Shown: positions 48,239 through 54,304 of the stretch, piece after piece
How the letters are laid out: each line of letters opens with the position of its first letter
Numbering within the stretch: the first letter of the stretch is position 1
Virus record (IMG/VR): IMGVR_UViG_3300006120_000027
Location: 1 to 54,304 of that record
Source of the DNA: a virus
Lineage: Duplodnaviria; Caudoviricetes
Reading direction: 5' to 3' (one strand)
DNA: 54,304 bases
Notes under the pieces: generated by a model
Seen by the model: the letters and a program-made list of their open reading frames with translations, nothing else
What the model was told of the DNA's origin: nothing
The model's database searches: none
Program-made: the position numbers and the translations under genes

Positions 48239-48419
48239 AATAAATAATTTTGTGAATAATTCACAAAGTAAAGATTTGGATCAATGGGAAAAACTTTATG
48301 GTCAATATGGATGTAAGTATTGCAAAGAAAGCTCAGAATTTGCATACTGGGATAAAAATAATTCTAAATTAATTTGGGTTTGTTCAAAAAATCATAGAAC
48401 GGAAATGCAATTTGACTGA
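48231..48419 (+). CDS. Small Zn-binding protein
   Basis: CKYC...CSKNH. Confidence 0.65.
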   Translation: MSKINNFVNNSQSKDLDQWEKLYGQYGCKYCKESSEFAYWDKNNSKLIWVCSKNHRTEMQFD

Positions 48420-48726
48420 ACGTGGCGAGGTAAAGCGTGATGGAGCAAAAGCTCAAAAAAATTCTGGGCGTGGCGATTATCAAAAAGGTGATGCTATCTG
48501 GCATGATTTTGTCGTTGACTATAAGGAGTATGCAAAGTCAATATCCATTAGTAAGGAAATCTGGGCTAAAATTTGCACAGATACGTTTAAGGTTTCTAGG
48601 GATAAATACCCAGTTCTTAAACTTATCCTTGGAGGAGAGGGTCAAAAAACTAGACTCGCTGTCATTGAATGGTCATTATTGGAACAAATGATTGAGTGTT
48701 GGGAGGCACATAATGAGAAGGCATAA
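48412..48726 (+). CDS. PD-(D/E)XK nuclease, Holliday junction resolvase-like
   Basis: E...NSGRG..KGD...VDYKE. Confidence 0.7.
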   Translation: MTERGEVKRDGAKAQKNSGRGDYQKGDAIWHDFVVDYKEYAKSISISKEIWAKICTDTFKVSRDKYPVLKLILGGEGQKTRLAVIEWSLLEQMIECWEAHNEKA

Positions 48727-48865
48727 AGGATCACATCCCTTTAACGATATTCAAATAAAAGATGGAAATATTATTAAGTTAAGAAAAGATGGAACAGTCA
48801 AGACTATTATTGGTCCATATACAGTTATTCATAAAAAGCAATTGGTAAAAAAGGCAAATAGATAA
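48713..48865 (+). CDS. Small basic hypothetical protein (50 aa), absent from the ORF track
   Basis: SD GGGAGG; MRRHKGSHPFNDIQIKDG...; TAATG coupling to the next gene. Confidence 0.6.
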   Translation: MRRHKGSHPFNDIQIKDGNIIKLRKDGTVKTIIGPYTVIHKKQLVKKANR

Positions 48866-49188
48866 TGAGTGATAATATTATTGAATCAATAAGTGAAATT
48901 ACTGAATTTAATGATTTGTCTGAATTTATGAATGATAAAGATTTAGATTCAGCCTTAGACCTTATAATTAAACTTATTACCAAACCTGATGTGCCTTCAG
49001 CAAAAGCACCTGCTTTAATCGTCCAGTTGCAAGCAATTAGTGCAAAGTTTGCTATGCAGGCAAGATACTATACAACTTTTGAAAAGGGTGGGGATTCTTC
49101 TAAGAAGAAAAATACTTACTATACGGCAGCAGATAGTATTGATAAATTAGTTGATGCATTAAAATATACAGCAAGATTTGGGGCTTAA
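48865..49188 (+). CDS. Hypothetical phage protein
   Basis: Helical 107-aa ORF within the operon. Confidence 0.7.
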   Translation: MSDNIIESISEITEFNDLSEFMNDKDLDSALDLIIKLITKPDVPSAKAPALIVQLQAISAKFAMQARYYTTFEKGGDSSKKKNTYYTAADSIDKLVDALKYTARFGA

Positions 49189-49968
49189 GTGGGAATTGGT
49201 CAGCTAAAGATCAACAAAGTTAATAAAAATTTTGACAAGAATGTGTTTCTTCAAGAATATGAAGAAACATTTGAAAGCAAAGCTGGCTTTACACAAAAGA
49301 AAACTTTTGCTCCAAGTACTATAGGTTACGGTCACGGTAAATGTGCTAGATATTGGTTCTTGGCTTTTAATGGAGCTGAGTTTGAAGATAATAATACTTT
49401 GCAAGCAAAAGCCAATATGGAAAATGGAACTTTTACTCACGATAGATTACAAAATAGATTTAGTAAAATGAATAAAGTTTATAAAGTAGTAGAGCATGAA
49501 ACCGAAATACTTTCATCAGATCCACCAATTAGAGGTTTTAGAGATACTTTGTTTGTTAATACTGAAACGGGCGAAGAAATTCCATTTGAAATAAAATCAA
49601 TGAAAGACGATAAGTTTTATTCAAAAAAGATTTCTGAAATACCAGAGCCAAATCATTTACTTCAATTATTAATATATATGAGAGAAAAAGGTCATAAGAC
49701 TGGAGTTTTCTTTTATGAAAATAAAAATGATCAAGAGCCTTTATTAATTACAATTGAAATGAATAAAAAAAATCAAGAATTGCTAGACTATGTCTATTCT
49801 TGGTTAAAAGAAGTTTATAAAGCTTACGAAGACAATACCCTTCCAAACAGAGCTGGGGAAAGCAAAACTAGAATGCCTTGTTCTTATTGTCCAGTTAAAA
49901 AAGTATGCTGGAAAGATATGAAAGATCAAGATGGAGAAATTATTATTGAGCTTATGGAGACATCGTGA
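49189..49968 (+). CDS. Cas4-like PD-(D/E)XK exonuclease
   Basis: C at KCAR, GTFTH, D...EIKS, QLLIY, C-terminal CSYCPVKKVC. Confidence 0.85.
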   Translation: MGIGQLKINKVNKNFDKNVFLQEYEETFESKAGFTQKKTFAPSTIGYGHGKCARYWFLAFNGAEFEDNNTLQAKANMENGTFTHDRLQNRFSKMNKVYKVVEHETEILSSDPPIRGFRDTLFVNTETGEEIPFEIKSMKDDKFYSKKISEIPEPNHLLQLLIYMREKGHKTGVFFYENKNDQEPLLITIEMNKKNQELLDYVYSWLKEVYKAYEDNTLPNRAGESKTRMPCSYCPVKKVCWKDMKDQDGEIIIELMETS

Positions 49969-50249
49969 TTTGTGCTTATGATAATTGCAATAATGAATTT
50001 GAAGCAAAAACACATAATCAAAAATATTGTTCTGATGAATGTTGTAAAATTGCCACTAATATAAAAATTAAAGAAAAGTATTATAATGGAAAGGCCAGAA
50101 GGGCTGGCGTTGCATTTAAGTGTAACAATAAAGGTTGTAATTCTACTTTAAGCAGGTATTCTACTGAAAATATTTGTGAATCATGTAAGTCTAAAGAGAG
50201 GTCCAAAGAGCGCAAAGCAATACTGGATATGTTAAATGAAATTAGCTGA
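49965..50249 (+). CDS. Cys-rich Zn-finger protein
   Basis: CAYDNC...KYCSDEC; CNNKGC...CESC. Confidence 0.7.
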   Translation: MICAYDNCNNEFEAKTHNQKYCSDECCKIATNIKIKEKYYNGKARRAGVAFKCNNKGCNSTLSRYSTENICESCKSKERSKERKAILDMLNEIS

Positions 50250-50796
50250 TCTTTCAAAAAATAGACATAAAAAAATATTGGGCGTAGATGCAAGCACTAA
50301 TAGCATAGCGTTTTGCTTAATGAATGGTAAAACTCCAGCAAAATGGGGTGAAATTAATTTTGAGGGCGACAATATTTATAAAAGAATATTAGATGCTAAA
50401 AGAAAAATTCGTGCCTTAACCAATCTTATTGAGTATGATTTTGTTGCTATTGAAGCCGCAGTATCAGTGAGATCAGTTGCCACTGGGTTGAAAATGGCTT
50501 ACGTTTTTGGTACAATTATATCTGAACTTCTTACTGATAATATAGAAGTAATAGAAGTGCATCCAATAACATGGCAAAGTTATATAGGCAACAAAAATTA
50601 CAATAAAGCAGAAAAAGAGGCAATAAAAATTGAATTCCCAGGAAGATCCGATAGTTGGATCAAAGGAAAAATTCGAGAACGCAGGAAAGAAAGAACAATC
50701 AACTTTGTTAGAAGCATTGGCGTTCAGACTAGTTCCGACAATGTGGCGGACGCTGCGGGAATTGCTTGGTGGGCGGTAAGTAATGAAACTTTATGA
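50236..50796 (+). CDS. ruvC: RuvC-like resolvase
   Basis: ILGVDAS, VAIE, DNVADAAGIA. Confidence 0.85.
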   Translation: MKLADLSKNRHKKILGVDASTNSIAFCLMNGKTPAKWGEINFEGDNIYKRILDAKRKIRALTNLIEYDFVAIEAAVSVRSVATGLKMAYVFGTIISELLTDNIEVIEVHPITWQSYIGNKNYNKAEKEAIKIEFPGRSDSWIKGKIRERRKERTINFVRSIGVQTSSDNVADAAGIAWWAVSNETL

Positions 50797-50929
50797 ATCT
50801 AAACAATGGTTGTATAAAAGATATGTTACGGATAAAAAAGACATTACAGAAATAGCAAAAGAAGCAGGTTGTAGTTCAATGACTATTATAAGATATTTAG
50901 AAAAACATGAAATAAAAAAGAGGAAATAA
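50783..50929 (+). CDS. Small HTH protein (48 aa), absent from the ORF track
   Basis: MKLYESKQWLYKRYVTDKKDITEIAKEAGCSSMTIIRYLEKH...; TAATG coupling. Confidence 0.7.
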   Translation: MKLYESKQWLYKRYVTDKKDITEIAKEAGCSSMTIIRYLEKHEIKKRK

Positions 50930-51102
50930 TGCCAACATATACATACAATTGCTTAACTTGTGAAATAAAAAAAGAAGAAGTAGTTAAAATGGAGCAGAGA
51001 GATGAAATTATGATTTCATGTCCAAAATGTGGCTACAGAATGATTCGTGGAATTGATAGACCAGGATTAGTTTGGGCACCCACCGCAGGGGGAATGAAAT
51101 AG
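50929..51102 (+). CDS. FmdB-like Zn-ribbon protein (57 aa), absent from the ORF track
   Basis: MPTYTYNCLTC...CPKCG..MIR; SD AGAGGA. Confidence 0.8.
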   Translation: MPTYTYNCLTCEIKKEEVVKMEQRDEIMISCPKCGYRMIRGIDRPGLVWAPTAGGMK

Positions 51103-51620
51103 TGGAAATGGAATTAGCAGATCATTTTGAGCAAATGAATAAAGTTGTTGCTGAATTTATTAAGGGCAATAACCCAAATCAAATTGCTAAGCAATTAAAT
51201 TTAAAACCAGTTCAAGTAAACCAAATGTTAAAAAATTGGCGAGATTTAATGCAGGGCGACACTGGTATTAGGGAAAGAGCAAGAGAAGCACTAGGTGCTG
51301 CCGATCAACACTACTCTATGATTATAAAAGAAGCTTGGAATACTGTAGAGCAAGCAGATGCTCAAGAGGCTTTAAATGTAAAAGCGCAATCTCTTAAGCT
51401 TGTGGCAGATGTAGAAGGAAAACGAATTGACATGTTGCAAAAAGCGGGTGTTCTTGAAAAAAATGAAATGGCTGATCAAATTCTTGAAACGGAACGCAAG
51501 CAAGAAATTTTAGTTGGAATATTAAGAGATGTAACTTCAAATTGTATGCATTGCAAACAAGAGGTTGCAAGAAGGCTTTCTCTTGCTACAAATATAGTAG
51601 AACCAATAGTTGTGGACTAA
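51102..51620 (+). CDS. HTH protein, probable terminase small subunit (start 51102 or 51108)
   Basis: N-terminal HTH (GNNPNQIAKQLNL), helical, directly upstream of the large subunit. Confidence 0.6.
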   Translation: MEMELADHFEQMNKVVAEFIKGNNPNQIAKQLNLKPVQVNQMLKNWRDLMQGDTGIRERAREALGAADQHYSMIIKEAWNTVEQADAQEALNVKAQSLKLVADVEGKRIDMLQKAGVLEKNEMADQILETERKQEILVGILRDVTSNCMHCKQEVARRLSLATNIVEPIVVD

Positions 51621-51621
51621 A

Positions 51622-53472
51622 ATGTCATCAATAGACTTTGGAGATTTTTTAGAAGCTTTAGACGAGGATGCTTTTGAAGAAACTCCTGTTGAAATTGAAG
51701 AGTTTGTAACTTCAAAAAATTATTTATCTCTTCCACCTTTATCTGAATATCAATATCAAATGATTAAAGCTTCAACTCAAATATACAAAAAAGAAACACT
51801 TATTAAATTATTTGGAGAAGTTGAAGGCGATAAGCGTTGGAAGCAAACTTGTAATGAAGTTATATTTCAATTGGGCAAGGGGTCGGGCAAAGACTATACT
51901 TCTACTATTGCTTGCTCATATATAGTTTATTTACTATTATGTTTAAAAGACCCAGCTAGATATTATGGCAAGCCCCCAGGCGATTATATTGATATTATTA
52001 ACGTCGCAGTAAATGCTATACAAGCACAACAAGTTTTCTTTAAAGGATTTAAAGCAAGAATTGAAAGATGCCGTTGGTTTGATGGAAAGTATGAATCAAA
52101 GGTTTCAAGTATTTCTTTTTCTAAAAATATTACAGTTCACTCAGGCCACTCCCAAAGAGAATCCTGGGAGGGATATAATCTTTTATTTGCCGTACTTGAT
52201 GAGATATCTGGTTTTGATTTGGATTCAACAAGTGGAAATGAGCAGGCAAAAACTGCTGCTGCAATATATAAGATGTTCAGAGGATCTGTAGATTCTCGCT
52301 TTCCACAGTTTGGCAAGGTAGTATTACTTTCTTTCCCACGCTTTAAAAATGATTATATCCAACAAAGATATAATGAAGTGGTGGCAGAAAAAGAAGTTGT
52401 TGAAAGAACACACACTTTTAAAATAGATAATGATTTGCCAGATGATGTAGAAGGAAATACATTTACAATATCTTGGGAAGAAGATCATATTATTAATTAC
52501 AATGTTCCCAGAGTTTTTGCTTTAAAGCGTCCCACATGGGAAATTAACCCAACAATTAAAATTGAAGATCTTGCTATGAATTTTTACTCCGATCCAATAG
52601 ATGCTTTGTCTCGTTTTGCTTGTATGCCCCCAGATGCTGTAGATGCAATGTTTAGATCACGTGAAAAAGTAGAGAAAGCATTTAGTAATTTAAATATAGC
52701 AATTAACGACGATGGTTCGTTTAAAGATTGGTTTAAGCCCGAAGAAGAAAAATCTTATTACGTTCACGTAGATTTAGCTCAAAAGCATGACCATTGTGCC
52801 GTTACAATGGCACACGTTGATTCTTGGGTTACTATGAAATTGTCTGGAGCAATGACTGATGCAGCACCAATGGTTATAGTAGACGCTGTTAGATATTGGA
52901 CACCAACAAAAGAAAAAACTGTAGACTTCACAGAAGTAAAAAACTATATAATTAGTTTAAAACAAATGGGGTTTAATATTCGTAGAGTCACATTTGATAG
53001 ATGGAATTCTTTTGATATGATGGAGCAATTAAAAGCTCAAGGAATGAATTGTGAAATATTATCTGTAGCAAAAAAACATTATGAAGATATGGTTTTAACA
53101 ATTATGGAAGAACGTGTTCGTGGTCCTTATCTTAAATTACTTATTGATGAGTTGCTTGAATTAAGAATTGTTAAAAGGGATAAGGTTGACCACCCAAGAA
53201 AAGGCTCAAAAGACCTTGCTGACGCAACTTGCGGGGCAATTTATAATGCGATATCATTGACTCCTAAGGGTGACGGAGAAATACATGTTTATTCTTATGA
53301 TGCATTTGATGAAGATCTTGCAGATGAAAAACAAGAAGAGTATTATAAGATTAACAATATAACAAAAATTTCATCTGAAAAACAAATGCCAGGGACGCTT
53401 AGAGATTACTTAGGTTTGGATGAAGAAATTGATCCAGAGCGTTCATTTATAGATAATTTTACAATATTGTAG
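51622..53472 (+). CDS. terL: Terminase large subunit
   Basis: GKGSGKD, AVLDE, LLSFP, nuclease HVDLA...FDRW...DHP..GSKDLADA. Confidence 0.92.
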   Translation: MSSIDFGDFLEALDEDAFEETPVEIEEFVTSKNYLSLPPLSEYQYQMIKASTQIYKKETLIKLFGEVEGDKRWKQTCNEVIFQLGKGSGKDYTSTIACSYIVYLLLCLKDPARYYGKPPGDYIDIINVAVNAIQAQQVFFKGFKARIERCRWFDGKYESKVSSISFSKNITVHSGHSQRESWEGYNLLFAVLDEISGFDLDSTSGNEQAKTAAAIYKMFRGSVDSRFPQFGKVVLLSFPRFKNDYIQQRYNEVVAEKEVVERTHTFKIDNDLPDDVEGNTFTISWEEDHIINYNVPRVFALKRPTWEINPTIKIEDLAMNFYSDPIDALSRFACMPPDAVDAMFRSREKVEKAFSNLNIAINDDGSFKDWFKPEEEKSYYVHVDLAQKHDHCAVTMAHVDSWVTMKLSGAMTDAAPMVIVDAVRYWTPTKEKTVDFTEVKNYIISLKQMGFNIRRVTFDRWNSFDMMEQLKAQGMNCEILSVAKKHYEDMVLTIMEERVRGPYLKLLIDELLELRIVKRDKVDHPRKGSKDLADATCGAIYNAISLTPKGDGEIHVYSYDAFDEDLADEKQEEYYKINNITKISSEKQMPGTLRDYLGLDEEIDPERSFIDNFTIL

Positions 53473-53478
53473 GATAAA

Positions 53479-53709
53479 ATGTTTAAACGTAAAAAAAATA
53501 TAGACTACGAAGAGCTTTGGCACGATTCTCAGAAAAAACTCAGTTGGTATACTGAAGCGTTAGAGCAAAAACAAATACAATGTGATAGAATAGAGTTTCT
53601 TGCATCAGAATTAAAGCAAGAAAATGCCCGACTTAAAAAAGAGTTGGAAGCCCTTAAAAAGGGAATATTAGATTTACCTAAATTATTGGGTAAAAACCTA
53701 GGAAAATAA
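53479..53709 (+). CDS. Hypothetical coiled-coil protein
   Basis: SD TAGGA; heptad pattern. Confidence 0.6.
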   Translation: MFKRKKNIDYEELWHDSQKKLSWYTEALEQKQIQCDRIEFLASELKQENARLKKELEALKKGILDLPKLLGKNLGK

Positions 53710-53732
53710 CCTATATAAAGAAAAGGAAAACA

Positions 53733-54304
53733 ATGAACGTAACAAAGAAGATCGCCCTTGCAACTGCTGCAGCACTTGCAATTGTGGGCATTTCAACTTC
53801 AGCGCATGCAGCCCCATTGGCAGTAACTGTAGCTGGAGCAAGCAATACAACAACAACTGTAGCACCAGTAACGGTGGCAGTTCCAGTATCAAATGTAATT
53901 GATTCATCAAATACAGTAGCACTTGCTGCTACAGCAGATACCGCAACAGTAATTAATTTTGTTGCATCAGGCGTAAAGCTTGTTTCAGCACTTAACACAA
54001 CCCTTGCACCAGTTTCTGTTGCATCAGGTGTATCATCAATTTCTGTAACATCAACAGGTGTTGCAGCAACAGTATATGCATACACAACTTCAACTTCTGT
54101 TGGATCAGTTACCATTACAAATGGTGCGTATTCAACAATTGTTTACATTAAGGGTACAGCAGGCGTGGCAGCAAACGTTGCAGTCGCAGTGCCATCAGCA
54201 ACAGCAGTAGGAACTATTCCAACAATTTCTGTTTCAGCAACAGACGTATTTGGAAATCCAGTTGCATCTGAGGCTGTTTCTGTAACATTAATTGGTGCAA
54301 CATT
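53733..54304 (+). CDS. Secreted Ala/Val/Thr-rich surface protein with Ig-like segment, 3'-truncated, absent from the ORF track
   Basis: SD AAAGGA; signal peptide MNVTKKIALATAAALAIVGISTSAHA; frame open to the window end; ATDVFGNPVA Ig/Big-like motif. Confidence 0.8.
   Translation, partial: MNVTKKIALATAAALAIVGISTSAHAAPLAVTVAGASNTTTTVAPVTVAVPVSNVIDSSNTVALAATADTATVINFVASGVKLVSALNTTLAPVSVASGVSSISVTSTGVAATVYAYTTSTSVGSVTITNGAYSTIVYIKGTAGVAANVAVAVPSATAVGTIPTISVSATDVFGNPVASEAVSVTLIGAT

Noticed and set aside
49189-49968. Cas4-like gene as evidence of CRISPR-Cas
   Set aside because: No array or other cas genes; solo Cas4-like nucleases are common in phage recombination modules.
53711-54115. 134-aa minus-strand ORF
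   Set aside because: Shadow of the + strand signal-peptide gene starting at 53733, which has an SD and matches genome orientation.
1-54304. Stop-codon reassignment
   Set aside because: Long genes are intact under code 11, and TAA, TAG and TGA all terminate genes at sensible boundaries.
1-54304. tRNA, rRNA, integrase or transposase
   Set aside because: None recognised; intergenic gaps are short and explained by promoters, terminators or small ORFs. A covariance-model search was not possible.

Overview
A 54.3 kb fragment of a large, AT-rich tailed phage genome. All supported genes are on the + strand and use genetic code 11. Gene content and order, extended -10 promoters, apparent leaderless starts and an actinobacterial-type exported protein suggest (inference) a siphovirus of Actinobacteria, organised like large Streptomyces cluster BE/BK-type phages. 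Layout: a truncated fibre-like gene; an FN3 / (FGFTP)n / Hint protein; an AT-rich cassette of tailoring-type enzymes (2OG-Fe(II) oxygenases, DUF6065/dUTPase-like paralogues, a degenerate GT-A); an APS-kinase/HIGH fusion and DUF2061; head, neck and tail genes, including an internal scaffold start and a -1 frameshifted tail chaperone; a second (Pro/Phe repeat)-Hint protein followed by a Skp1-hydroxyproline GlcNAc-transferase-like gene; phosphoesterase and holin; replication/recombination genes (DnaB, P4H-like, primase, SSB, DnaE, RecA, Cas4-like, RuvC); terminase; and a truncated secreted protein. The best candidate for a new system is a pair of otherwise unrelated virion-type proteins ending in the same module, a Phe/Pro/Thr repeat plus FTPWGN and a non-canonical Ser-initiated Hint domain. 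Each is directly followed by hydroxylase and/or glycosyltransferase genes, suggesting a phage-encoded autoprocessing plus hydroxylation/glycosylation pathway. All family calls come from motif recognition by eye; no database searches were run.
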